DNA from: a bacterium
GTDB lineage: Bacteria; Verrucomicrobiota; Kiritimatiellia; RFP12; UBA1067
Assembly (NCBI GenBank): GCA_030537465.1
Contig: JAUNMP010000001.1
Location: 3,170 to 67,169 of the forward strand
Reading direction: 5' to 3'
DNA: 64,000 nt
In this document: positions 28,289-40,358 of the stretch, piece by piece
Layout of the letters: each line of letters begins with the position of its first letter
How positions within the stretch are numbered: the stretch's first letter is position 1
Translations under genes and position numbers: made by a program
The notes under the pieces: model-generated
Databases searched by the model: none
What the model saw: only the letters and a program-made list of their open reading frames with translations
Told to the model about the DNA's origin: nothing

Positions 28289-29734
28289 ATGACGACGAGA
28301 CGACAGTTTCTTGACCGGGCGCTGGCCCTGGCGGCGTTGACGGGCGTTCCCGCGAAGATGTGGGGCGCCGCGGAGGCTCTAGGCGAGCCGGATCTGCGCA
28401 TTGGCGTGTTGAGCGACATCCACCTGAGCCATGAACACGATGTCCGTTCAAAGACAAGCCCGACAAAGGAGATGTTCATCCACGCGCTTGAGTATTTCCG
28501 CGATCGGAAGGTCCATGGCGTGCTCGTCTGCGGAGACCTTGCGAATGCCGGTCTGGTCGACGAGCTGGAGATGGTGTCGGACGCCTGGTTCAAGGTCTTC
28601 CCGGACGGGAAACTTCCCGATGGCACGCCCGTGGCCAACCTCATGCACTATGGCGACCACGATACGGAAAGGCGGTTCTACAGGAAGGATCGTTTCGAGC
28701 CGATGTACGCGAAGAAGGGGCTTCCGATCCCCGAAAGCCTGAGCGAGGGCGAGAACCGGAAGATCTATTGGGAGAAATACTTCAAGGAGCCCTGGTCGCC
28801 CATCCGCCACGTGAAGGTGCGGGGGTATGATTTCGTGCTGGGGAACTTCATGCGGGAGTGTCCGGGGACGACGCCGGGCCTCGCGGACTTCCTGGCGAAG
28901 CTGAACCCCGATCCGAAGAAGCCGTTTTTCTACAGCCAGCACCGCTGGATCTGCGGAACCTATCTCGCGGACGAGGAGATGTGGGGCGGGGACAGCGGCA
29001 AGAACGGTCCCGTGCTCATGAAGTTCCCGAACGCCGTGGCGTTCACGGGGCACACCCACTACATGCTGACGGACGATCGGATCGTCTGGCAGGACGGCTA
29101 CACGCAGATCAACGCTGGATCCCTGCTCAACGCCCCCTGCGGACGTCAGCGGGAGAACGGCATCGACATCTCGTGGTATAAGAACGACTATATGCGCGAC
29201 ACGCAGATGAAGTCTCTGAACGCGCACCAGGGGCACCATGGTATGGTGTTCAGCCTGAAGGGAGACTCCGCGGTCATCGAACGTCGTGATTTCGGCTGCG
29301 ATCTCCCGGTGGGGCCCGATCTCGTGTTTTCGCTTTCGTCCAAATCCCATACTCGTGCAAACTGCGAGCCGGCGAGCGTCGCGCCCGAATTTCCGCAGGG
29401 GGGGGCTGTGTCCGCCGTGGCCCGAGCGGGAAAGAACCGCAAGGGAGAGGCCGTCGACCAGATCGTCGTGACGTTCCCCGTGGCGGCACCGACGAAGGAC
29501 ACGCCGCGCGCGCTCGACTACGAAGTCCGAGCCGAGAAGGCGGATGGTACGTTGCTGAAGGCTAAACGCGTCTATTCACCGGGGATCAATCTGCCGCCGG
29601 AGAAGGACGCAGCCAAGGCGGTCTGTGTCTTCGCCAGATCCGAAGTCGGGGCCGGTCCCGTGCGCTTCGTGGTCCATCCCGCGAACTGCTGGCGCAAGGC
29701 CGGAAAGCCGATCTCGGTTGCTTTTGAAGGTTGA
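28289..29734 (+). CDS. TAT-exported metallophosphoesterase (paralog of 15382..16869)
   Basis: TAT signal MTTRRQFLDRALALAALTG. Motifs GVLSDIHL, CGDLANAG, GDHD and GHTHY. Confidence 0.75.
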   Translation: MTTRRQFLDRALALAALTGVPAKMWGAAEALGEPDLRIGVLSDIHLSHEHDVRSKTSPTKEMFIHALEYFRDRKVHGVLVCGDLANAGLVDELEMVSDAWFKVFPDGKLPDGTPVANLMHYGDHDTERRFYRKDRFEPMYAKKGLPIPESLSEGENRKIYWEKYFKEPWSPIRHVKVRGYDFVLGNFMRECPGTTPGLADFLAKLNPDPKKPFFYSQHRWICGTYLADEEMWGGDSGKNGPVLMKFPNAVAFTGHTHYMLTDDRIVWQDGYTQINAGSLLNAPCGRQRENGIDISWYKNDYMRDTQMKSLNAHQGHHGMVFSLKGDSAVIERRDFGCDLPVGPDLVFSLSSKSHTRANCEPASVAPEFPQGGAVSAVARAGKNRKGEAVDQIVVTFPVAAPTKDTPRALDYEVRAEKADGTLLKAKRVYSPGINLPPEKDAAKAVCVFARSEVGAGPVRFVVHPANCWRKAGKPISVAFEG

Positions 29735-29741
29735 GGAAAGG

Positions 29742-31943
29742 ATGACGACGATGAAGAGCGTGGCTGCATTGGGGCTTTGTGGATGTCTGGCTCTTGCCTG
29801 CCTGGCGGACGAGCGTCCGATTGGCGTGTTCGATTCGGGACTGGGTGGTCTGACCGTGCTCGAGCGCTTGCTGGATTGTGACCGCGTCAACAATGAAACG
29901 GGAGCTCCGGGAGCGGATGGCATTCCGGATTTCGCGCACGAGCGATTCGTCTATCTCGGCGACCAGGCGAACATGCCCTATGGCGATTACGCGGCCGAGA
30001 AGAAGAGCGACCTCCTGAAGGAGCTGATCGTCGACGACGCAAAATTTCTGTTGGGGACGTCGTTCCACCGCTCGGCCCAGGAGAAGGTGCCGACGGGGAA
30101 GAAGGACCGCGCGAAGATTCTCGTCATCGCCTGCAACACGGCGACGGCGTGGGGGCTTGAGGAGGTTCGGAACCGTCTCAAGGCCGCGGGCGACGACACC
30201 CAGGTCGTGGGGGTGATCGAGGCTGGCGTGCGGGCGACGCTGGACTTGCTGAAGGCGGACAAGGCCAGCCCGTCCTTCGCAGTTGGCGTGCTTGCGACGC
30301 CGGGCACGATCGCTTCGGGAGCCTATACGAAGACGCTGAGGATCGAACTGGCCGCCCGTGGCATCGACTGCGAGGTGCCCGTCTACGGGCAGGGCTGTGC
30401 GGGTTTGGCCGACGCGGTCGAGGCCTGTTCTCCGACGGCTGACCAGATCGCCGTCGACAACCTCCGGAAGATGCTGGAGCAGCACCGCGCATCAGGAGCG
30501 AAGGCACCGCTGCGCGCGGTCATTCTCGGCTGTACGCATTTCCCGTTCGTTCAGTCCGCCCTCGAGAAGGCATTGGCCGAAGAGCGTGCGAAGGGCGCGA
30601 ACATCGCTGCCGATTGCTGCTTCGTCGATCCGGCCATCTACACGGCCGCGGAGTGCTATCGTCTGCTGAAGAAGAACGGACTGCTGGCGAAGACCCTGCA
30701 GCCGGCTCCGTCCGCGGCCTTCCTTTCCGTGGCCAATCCCGATCTGGCGAAGGAGCATCTCATGGACGACGGACAGCTGACGCGCGCCTTCAAGTACGGC
30801 CGCTCGATCGACGGGCGCGTCGGCACGACCAAGCCGATTCCGTTTACGCACGCCAATTTCAAGCCCGAGGTCTTCGCGCAGGTCGGCCGTCTGCTACCGC
30901 GCACGGCGGCGTTGCTTGAGGCCGTTCCGTCGTTCACCATGCGGATTGACGACAATCACTCTCCGGCCGAGTGGAAGCGCGTCGCGGAGATCTTTGAAAG
31001 CCGCGGCATGCGCGTCTCCTTTGCCATCGTACCCAGTTCGCTTTCGGATGCGCAGGGGGCCTGCTTGAAGGAACTTTCCGACCGCGGACATGTCATTATG
31101 GACCATACGCCGAACCATACGTTCTATCGGGCGACGTATCATGACATTGAGGCTTTCAACTCCGCCAAGACAAAACCGTTTGTCCTGGAAGTGGACGAAA
31201 AGGGCAAAATTCTCTTCTTCAGACCCACGGTTGACGACGCCCACCCGCAAAACTGCCGCGTCAAGGCGAAGATCGAGAAGAACGTCCTCACGTTCACCGA
31301 TGCGAAAGCCCCCAAGCGCACCTACTACACGTTCATCAAAATTCCGGGGCGTTCGGAGGTTTTCGGATTGGCCAGTCGGAACGGCGTGTATGATCTGCGT
31401 GACTTCTGGCGTCGACCGTTGAAGGAGCAGATTGATTTGGCCAAGACGGAGGTTCTGCTCTACGACCAGGCGGCAATTCAGCCCTGTGACGACATCCTCC
31501 GCGAACTCGCGCGTGTCTCGCGCGAACGCTTCGCCCACTTCAATTTGCCGTTGCCCACCATCTGGGTGCGTCCCGGCGGCTGGGATCCAGGTGTGCAATG
31601 GGAACGGCTGGAACGGATCTATGGACGCGAGTTCGGCTACATCGGCGCGGATTCCAGCGTCGGTGGCGTCTGGGGCGGCAGCCGCTGGACGACGGGCTAC
31701 GACGCGATGTACTTCTTCGACCAGGGGGCGGACATCACTCCCGAACAGCTAGTCGACCAGATCGAGAAGCGCCTCGCGGCCGGCAAGTACCATGTGACGC
31801 TTTCGCACATGTGGAACAACAAGCTTCCGGGACGGATGGATGAATACTATCAGAAGACCGAGCGCTTTGCCCAATTGCTGGTTGATCGAAAAATCCCGTT
31901 CCTGACGATGAAGGGAACGCTGGATGCACGATTTGGGAAGTAA
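29742..31943 (+). CDS. Exported fusion protein: MurI-like glutamate racemase (Asp/Glu racemase) domain + NodB-like polysaccharide deacetylase (CE4) domain
   Basis: Signal MTTMKSVAALGLCGCLALACLA. All three MurI blocks are present: IGVFDSGLGGLTV, LVIACNTATA, ILGCTHFPF. The C-terminal half has RIDDNH and DHTPNHT, which match the NodB motifs (TFDD / HxxxH). Confidence 0.65.
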   Translation: MTTMKSVAALGLCGCLALACLADERPIGVFDSGLGGLTVLERLLDCDRVNNETGAPGADGIPDFAHERFVYLGDQANMPYGDYAAEKKSDLLKELIVDDAKFLLGTSFHRSAQEKVPTGKKDRAKILVIACNTATAWGLEEVRNRLKAAGDDTQVVGVIEAGVRATLDLLKADKASPSFAVGVLATPGTIASGAYTKTLRIELAARGIDCEVPVYGQGCAGLADAVEACSPTADQIAVDNLRKMLEQHRASGAKAPLRAVILGCTHFPFVQSALEKALAEERAKGANIAADCCFVDPAIYTAAECYRLLKKNGLLAKTLQPAPSAAFLSVANPDLAKEHLMDDGQLTRAFKYGRSIDGRVGTTKPIPFTHANFKPEVFAQVGRLLPRTAALLEAVPSFTMRIDDNHSPAEWKRVAEIFESRGMRVSFAIVPSSLSDAQGACLKELSDRGHVIMDHTPNHTFYRATYHDIEAFNSAKTKPFVLEVDEKGKILFFRPTVDDAHPQNCRVKAKIEKNVLTFTDAKAPKRTYYTFIKIPGRSEVFGLASRNGVYDLRDFWRRPLKEQIDLAKTEVLLYDQAAIQPCDDILRELARVSRERFAHFNLPLPTIWVRPGGWDPGVQWERLERIYGREFGYIGADSSVGGVWGGSRWTTGYDAMYFFDQGADITPEQLVDQIEKRLAAGKYHVTLSHMWNNKLPGRMDEYYQKTERFAQLLVDRKIPFLTMKGTLDARFGK

Positions 31944-31997
31944 GGGGATTGGGAACCCAAAAACAGGAACTAGGAATTGGGAGAAAGGACGATTTTC

Positions 31998-33938
31998 GTG
32001 AAGGCGGTATTGTTTGCTGGGGTGGGGGTTGTTGCGGGATGCGTCTGGGGGGCGATGCCAAAGGGCGGCATCTGCGCGCACCGTGGAGACCGGGCGTCCT
32101 TCCCTGAAAACACGGTGGCGGCATTCAAGTCCGCCGTGGAGAAGGGGGCGGCGATGGTGGAGTTCGATGTCCATCGCTGCAAGACGGGCGAGCTGATCGT
32201 CATGCACGACAACACCATCGACCGCACGACGACGGGGCATGGCCGCTGGGCGGACTGCACGTTCGAGTACCTTCGTAGCGTGGATGCGGGCGTCAAGCGT
32301 GGACCGCAGTTCGCCGGCACGAAGATCCCGACGTTCGACGAGGCGATCGACTGCTTCCCGAAAGACGGCGTGTGGCTGAACGTCCACTGCGATGATTCGG
32401 TCACGGACGAAGTCGCCCGCAAGATCAAGGAGAAGGGGCGTCTCCATCAGGCCTTCATCGCGGCGACGGCGCCGGGGGTGGCACGGGCGCGCGCCGTCGT
32501 GCCGGAGATCAAGGTCTGCCTCTTCTCCCTTCCCAAGGACTGCTGGGGGCATTCCTGGACGGCCGAGGAGCGTGCGGCGTCGATTGCCGAGGTAATGGCG
32601 GCGAAGGCCGAGTTCACGCAGCCGAACAATGCTGACTTCACGCAGGACGAGCTCTACAAGTACCACGCGGCAGGAGGCAAGGTCAACTATTTCTGGTGCA
32701 ACAAGCCATCCCGCCTGCCGGCGCTTCTCGCCCGCGGCATCGACTTCCCGTTGACGGACAATCTGGTGCCGATGGTCGAAGCGTATCGCGCCTGTGTCGA
32801 GAGGCCCTGGTCGCCGGCGGACCCCGAACGCGGACGTGGCTACCTGCCGGACGCAGAGCCCGTGGTCGGACGGCTCTCGCCGCTGCGCAGAGGATACCTG
32901 CGGGCGGATCGCAGATTCGCAGGCATCCCGTCGCTTGCCATCTCCCCGAAGAATGGCCGCCAGTGGCGGACATTCTATGCGGGCCCTACGGATGGTGAGG
33001 ATTCCAACAACTTCATCGTGCTGGCGACGCGCGCAGACGCCACCGCGTCCTGGCAGGAGGTCCTCTACTACGATCCCGACGGGGATGGCCCGCGTCGTGC
33101 CTTCGATCCGGAACTGTGGGTGAGCCCGGACGGAAAGCTCCAGTGGACATGGACCGAACGGTCCGTGCCGTTGCGGGATGGCGATCTCAACCGCTTCACG
33201 CATCGTGACGAGGCGCAGAAGGAACAGCTGATGGCGGTTACGCTGAATGCCGAGGACGTACCGACGCCCCCCTATCCGGCGCTCCGCGTACTGCTGGGCG
33301 GTGGCGTGATGATGTGCAAGCCGATCGCCGCAAAGGATGGTCGCTGGCTGTATCCGGTGTCGTTCTGGGATGATGATTTCAGTGCCCGCATCTACGCATC
33401 GACGGACAGGGGACAGACACTCTCCCTCGTCGGAAGCGCGTCGCTGCCGGAGAAGTTCCGCGAATTCGATGAGCACAATGTGGTCGAACTCAAGGACGGC
33501 ACGCTCCGCGTCTACATGCGGACGAAGAACAATCCGGGATGGAACGCCTGGCAGGCGGATTCTCGCGACGGCGGCCGGACCTGGGAGCCTTCGAAGCCGT
33601 GTCCGTTCCCGCACACCAATTCGCGGCTCTTCGTCCGCCGTCTGCAGAGTGGCGCCCTGCTGCTGGTGAAGAATGGTCCGCTTGACAGGCCTCTTGCCAC
33701 CCAGAACTACCGTGGGCGTGCGGACATGACGGCCTACGTCTCCGACGACGAGGGGGCGACCTGGACGGGAGGCTTGCTCTTGCAGGCGGGGGCCTGCGCC
33801 TACCCGGATGGCGATCAGGCGCCGGATGGCACGATCCATGTCACCTGCGACGGCGACCGCTTCACGAAGCAGGAGATCTTCGACGCCGCCTTCACCGAAG
33901 CCGATGTCCGCCGTGCGCAGAGTCCGTCCCGTAAATGA
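31998..33938 (+). CDS. Lipoprotein fusion: glycerophosphodiester phosphodiesterase (GDPD) domain + BNR-repeat sialidase-like beta-propeller
   Basis: GTG 31998 sits 8 nt after AAAGGA; lipobox VVAGC. GDPD block ICAHRGDRASFPENTVAAFKSAVEKGAAMVEFDVHRCKTGELIVMHDNTIDRTT. Three BNR motifs in the C-terminal propeller: STDRGQTL, SRDGGRTW, SDDEGATW. The listed ORF starts at TTG 31977. Confidence 0.7.
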   Translation: MKAVLFAGVGVVAGCVWGAMPKGGICAHRGDRASFPENTVAAFKSAVEKGAAMVEFDVHRCKTGELIVMHDNTIDRTTTGHGRWADCTFEYLRSVDAGVKRGPQFAGTKIPTFDEAIDCFPKDGVWLNVHCDDSVTDEVARKIKEKGRLHQAFIAATAPGVARARAVVPEIKVCLFSLPKDCWGHSWTAEERAASIAEVMAAKAEFTQPNNADFTQDELYKYHAAGGKVNYFWCNKPSRLPALLARGIDFPLTDNLVPMVEAYRACVERPWSPADPERGRGYLPDAEPVVGRLSPLRRGYLRADRRFAGIPSLAISPKNGRQWRTFYAGPTDGEDSNNFIVLATRADATASWQEVLYYDPDGDGPRRAFDPELWVSPDGKLQWTWTERSVPLRDGDLNRFTHRDEAQKEQLMAVTLNAEDVPTPPYPALRVLLGGGVMMCKPIAAKDGRWLYPVSFWDDDFSARIYASTDRGQTLSLVGSASLPEKFREFDEHNVVELKDGTLRVYMRTKNNPGWNAWQADSRDGGRTWEPSKPCPFPHTNSRLFVRRLQSGALLLVKNGPLDRPLATQNYRGRADMTAYVSDDEGATWTGGLLLQAGACAYPDGDQAPDGTIHVTCDGDRFTKQEIFDAAFTEADVRRAQSPSRK

Positions 33939-33949
33939 GGAGACCGAGG

Positions 33950-34201
33950 ATGAATCCAGAAATGAAGTTTCCCGTTGTCGCCCACCACCGCGTGATCATC
34001 ACCGCCGCATCGCGGGATGACGCCACGGTGCAGGCCCTCTTCAAGTCGTTTGATCTGGTCGAGCCGATCGCAGTCGGCAACACCTCTTCGTGCGGAAAGT
34101 ACCTTTCGTACGGCATTTCCGTGCGGTTTGGAACCCCTGACGAGATGGCCCGCTTCGACGAGGTCCTCAAGCTGGTGCCTGGACTGAAGATGGTTCTTTG
34201 A
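33950..34201 (+). CDS. ybeD: YbeD-like DUF493 (UPF0250) small protein
   Basis: MKFPVVAHHRVI ... NTSSCGKYLSYGISV ... LKMVL parallels E. coli YbeD (EFPTPFTYKVMG ... KPSSKGNYHSVSITI ... VRMVL). Confidence 0.6.
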   Translation: MNPEMKFPVVAHHRVIITAASRDDATVQALFKSFDLVEPIAVGNTSSCGKYLSYGISVRFGTPDEMARFDEVLKLVPGLKMVL

Positions 34202-34259
34202 TTGGGGTTGTGGAAATGTCCGGGCCGGATGCAGACCCGTGTGTATGGAGGATTTTTCG

Positions 34260-36338
34260 ATGAAGTTCGTGCCAGTCGTTCTCGCGGGGCTTGTCAGCCT
34301 TGCTGCCGCCGCCCGGCCTGCCCGCATCGAGTGGGGAAAGGCGTTCGAGAGGGATACGCTTGAGCAGGGCGCGAAGATCTTCTCGGATCGCAACTACACC
34401 TTCAATCTGCCGCCGGAATCGTTGAAGGGGGCACATTTTCTGCGCGGGTCGATCATGGGGACACGTTTCCGCGTGGTGGCGGACGGTGAACTCGTCGTGC
34501 TCACGCCGATGTTCGTCCCCGCCCGGAACGGGCATCCACCGGCGGCCTCACAGGGCGAGGCCCTGGCGAAGGTCGGTTTCAAGAAGGACGACGGACCACT
34601 TTTCCAATTGTGGGGGAAAGGCGAGATCGAGCAGGGCGAAATCTGGCGGAAGAGCGTGAAGGCCGGCGAAAGCTACGCATTCGGCAAGTTCGCGATTCCC
34701 GTGGGATTCGATGCTTCAAGTGGACTCCGCGCAACATCAAGTGTGGCGATGGAGACGCTTTACAACGGCATTCGGTTGGAGTCGGATCCGCGCGACCGCA
34801 GCGATATGACCGCGTATCGGAACTATCCGCTGCCGGTGCCGTATCTGGACAATCCCCCGGCGGTGATTCCTGTGGATGTGGGGCGGCAGCTGTTCATAGA
34901 CGACTTCCTGATCGCCGAGACGACGATGGCGCGGACCTGGCACAAGGCGCAGAAGGATTCGCGCAATCCCGTGATGGTGCCGACGACGCCGCTCGAGAAG
35001 GGCGAGCTCTCGGGGTTCGCCAAGCCAACCGAGCCGATGGCGGCGCCGTTCTCCGGCGGCGTGTGGTTCGACGGCACGGACAACCTGTTCAAGTGCTGGT
35101 ATTGTGCAGGGTGGTTCGACGGGACGGGGTACGCCTATTCGAAGGACGGCTACGACTGGATTCGTCCGAACCTCAGGGCGGTGCCGGGCACGAACCGCGT
35201 CGTGCCGCCGGCGGTCGTCGACGGCAAGCGGTCGCGCCGCGATTCGGCCGCCGTCATCCTCGATCCGGACTGCACGGGCGGGTCGCGATTCAAGATGCTG
35301 ATCTGGTCGCGTCCGCAGGGCGGTGAGTTGTTCGTTTCGGACAATGGGCTCGACTGGGGGAAGTCGACGGTCTGGGCTCCCACGGGGGATCGGTCGACGA
35401 TCTTCTACAATCCGTTCCGCAAGGTCTGGGTCTACTCGATCCGCAGTGGTTGGCATGACCGCTCGCGCGAGTATGCGGAGTCGCGCGACTTCCTGGGCGG
35501 CGCAGGACTCGAGAACCGCGTGAGGTGGCTGCGGGCGGATAGTCGCGACCAGCCGGAGACGAGCTGGATCTACAGCGAACCAGGCAACTTCGACACCGAT
35601 GCCCGCGCGGCGTCGCTCTACAACTTCGACGCCGTTGCCTATGAGTCGCTGATGCTCGGCGCGTTCACGCTGATGACGGGCGCGGACAATGGTGATTGCA
35701 GCAAGCGTGACCACCCGAAGATGACCGACATCCACCTTGGCTTCAGCCGCGACGGATTCCATTTCTCCCGCGCCGAGGACCGTTCGCCGTTCATTGTCGC
35801 CTCGCGGAAGGCGGGCACGTGGGACCGCGGCTATCTGCATTCGAACGCGGCGCTGTGCCTGGTGGACGGCGATGAACTGAAATTCTACTATACGGGCTTC
35901 GCGGGCAAGACGGGCGAGTACAAGGACCGAGCTCACAACGGCATCTATTCGAACGCCTCGATGGGTATCGCCCGCCTGCGCCGGGACGGTTTCGCGTCAA
36001 TGGATGCAGGTTCGTGCGGCGGAACGCTTGTGACGCGTCCGATCAAGTTCACGCAGGGCGACCGTCTGTTCGTCAACGCGAACGCGGCGGGTGGTTCGCT
36101 CAAGGCCGAGATTCTGGACGAGAAGGGGGCCGTGCTCTCCGTGTCGAAGGACTGGTCCGGCAACGCGACAAAGGCCGAAATCCTCGGCGGACTCGCCACG
36201 TTGGCGGGGCGGACGATTCGTCTGCGGTTCACGGCGAAGGAGGCGCAGCTCTACGCGTTCTGGTTTTCGGACGCCTCGGGCCGTAGCCGTGGCTATTTGG
36301 CTGGCGGTTCGCCGCAGCACGCCACGCTTCGTGACTAA
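34260..36338 (+). CDS. Secreted beta-propeller glycoside hydrolase-like protein (GH32/43/130-superfamily-like; family uncertain)
   Basis: GGAGGA RBS with a 7-nt spacer to ATG 34260; signal MKFVPVVLAGLVSLAAAA. WYCAGWFDGTGYAYSKDGYDW-type propeller blades are present. Confidence 0.45.
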   Translation: MKFVPVVLAGLVSLAAAARPARIEWGKAFERDTLEQGAKIFSDRNYTFNLPPESLKGAHFLRGSIMGTRFRVVADGELVVLTPMFVPARNGHPPAASQGEALAKVGFKKDDGPLFQLWGKGEIEQGEIWRKSVKAGESYAFGKFAIPVGFDASSGLRATSSVAMETLYNGIRLESDPRDRSDMTAYRNYPLPVPYLDNPPAVIPVDVGRQLFIDDFLIAETTMARTWHKAQKDSRNPVMVPTTPLEKGELSGFAKPTEPMAAPFSGGVWFDGTDNLFKCWYCAGWFDGTGYAYSKDGYDWIRPNLRAVPGTNRVVPPAVVDGKRSRRDSAAVILDPDCTGGSRFKMLIWSRPQGGELFVSDNGLDWGKSTVWAPTGDRSTIFYNPFRKVWVYSIRSGWHDRSREYAESRDFLGGAGLENRVRWLRADSRDQPETSWIYSEPGNFDTDARAASLYNFDAVAYESLMLGAFTLMTGADNGDCSKRDHPKMTDIHLGFSRDGFHFSRAEDRSPFIVASRKAGTWDRGYLHSNAALCLVDGDELKFYYTGFAGKTGEYKDRAHNGIYSNASMGIARLRRDGFASMDAGSCGGTLVTRPIKFTQGDRLFVNANAAGGSLKAEILDEKGAVLSVSKDWSGNATKAEILGGLATLAGRTIRLRFTAKEAQLYAFWFSDASGRSRGYLAGGSPQHATLRD

Positions 36339-38978
<2,640 letters not shown>

Positions 38979-38986
38979 CAAAATTG

Positions 38987-38995
38987 TGATATAAT
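38987..38995 (+). promoter_or_regulatory. Extended -10 promoter element (TGaTATAAT) for purC, flanked by an 8-bp inverted repeat
   Basis: tgatataat lies 36 nt upstream of the purC ATG. It is flanked by aaaattgt (38982-38989) and acaatttt (39010-39017). Confidence 0.4.
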
Positions 38996-39030
38996 ATCTG
39001 GACAATTTTCCAAACAAAGGATGTATCCAA

Positions 39031-39933
39031 ATGAAGTATGACAAGAACCACGCGCTGCTGGAGACCTCGATCCCCGGCTTGCCTGCCCCCAAGTGCGGCA
39101 AGGTGCGCGATGTCTTCGATCTCGGCGACAAGCTTTTGATGGTCGTGACGGACCGCATCAGCGCGTTCGACGTGATTCTTCCCTGTGGTGTGCCGGACAA
39201 GGGCAAGGTGCTCAACCAGCTCTCTCTCTTCTGGATGGAGTTCCTGGGCATGAAGAACCACCTGATCACTGCCGACGTTGATCAGTATCCGGCGGAGCTC
39301 CAGTGCGTGAAGGAGGACCTGCGCGGTCGCTCCATGCTGGTGAAGAAGGTGAATATGGTCGAGGTCGAGTGCATCGCCCGCGGCTACCTTACCGGCAGCG
39401 GCTGGAAGGAATACCAGAAGAGCGGCACTGTCAACGGCCAGAAGCTGCGCGAGGGCTACCAGAACGCGTCGAAGATCGACGAGGTGCTGTTCACGCCCAC
39501 GACGAAGGCGGCGATCGGCGATCACGACGAGGCGATCAACTACGAGCAGACCGAAGCGCTCGTCGGGGCCGACATGGCGAAGGCCCTCAAGGATGCGACG
39601 ATTGGACTCTACACGAAGGCGGCCGACTATGCCCGCCAGCACGGCATCATCATCGCCGACACGAAGTTCGAGTTCGGCAAGGACGTCGATGGCTCCCTCA
39701 TCCTCGCGGACGAGGTGCTTACGCCCGACAGCTCGCGCTTCTGGCCGGAGAGTTCCTACGCGGTCGGCGCGAATCCTCCTTCGCTCGACAAGCAGTATGT
39801 GCGCGACTGGCTTGACTCGATCAACTTCAACCATCAGCCGCCGGGTCCGGTGCTGCCGGACGACGTGATCCTCCGCACGCGGGAGATCTACGTGAAGGCG
39901 TACGAGGAGCTGAGTGGAAAGAAGCTGGTCTGA
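39031..39933 (+). CDS. purC: Phosphoribosylaminoimidazole-succinocarboxamide synthase (SAICAR synthetase, long form)
   Basis: GKVRDVFDLGDKLLMVVTDRISAFD and the downstream ATP-grasp-like blocks. ~300 aa is typical of the long form. Confidence 0.9.
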   Translation: MKYDKNHALLETSIPGLPAPKCGKVRDVFDLGDKLLMVVTDRISAFDVILPCGVPDKGKVLNQLSLFWMEFLGMKNHLITADVDQYPAELQCVKEDLRGRSMLVKKVNMVEVECIARGYLTGSGWKEYQKSGTVNGQKLREGYQNASKIDEVLFTPTTKAAIGDHDEAINYEQTEALVGADMAKALKDATIGLYTKAADYARQHGIIIADTKFEFGKDVDGSLILADEVLTPDSSRFWPESSYAVGANPPSLDKQYVRDWLDSINFNHQPPGPVLPDDVILRTREIYVKAYEELSGKKLV

Positions 39934-40303
39934 GGCCGCGCTCGCGGCGCTTGATGCCTATCCCTGGAGTGATCCGGTGGCGAAGGCGAAGGCACGCGAG
40001 GAGGCCGAGCTCGTCTCCTTCGGCGAACGTGTCGAAGTCGGCGACCTGCCACTGGCCGTGCGGAGATGGCTGCGGGAGCGGTCAAAAGGACCGCTCTCCG
40101 GCTGGATCTGGCGCGGGGAGAGCTGGAAGGAGCTGACCGAGGGCTTTGAGAAGGTGATTCTCGAACAGGCTCTTTCCGCCCACGGTGGGTTTGCGACCAA
40201 GGCCGCACGGGCCCTCAAGACCACGCCGAGGGTCGTCTCCTACAAGGCCCGCAAATACGGCCTCGCCGTCCGAACCCGGGAACCTCGGCCGGACGCCCCT
40301 TAA
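39914..40303 (+). CDS. Small Fis-family DNA-binding protein (C-terminal HTH_8)
   Basis: C-terminal EKVILEQALSAHGGFATKAARALKTTPRVVSYKARKYGL parallels Fis (ELVLAEVEQPLL...GNQTRAA.MGINRGTLRKKLKKYG). Overlaps the purC 3' end by 20 nt; the start is uncertain. Confidence 0.5.
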   Translation: MERSWSEAALAALDAYPWSDPVAKAKAREEAELVSFGERVEVGDLPLAVRRWLRERSKGPLSGWIWRGESWKELTEGFEKVILEQALSAHGGFATKAARALKTTPRVVSYKARKYGLAVRTREPRPDAP

Positions 40304-40358
40304 TCACTCAACCATTTAACCATCAACCACTTATTTCTCTTAACGAAAGGACAATGTC

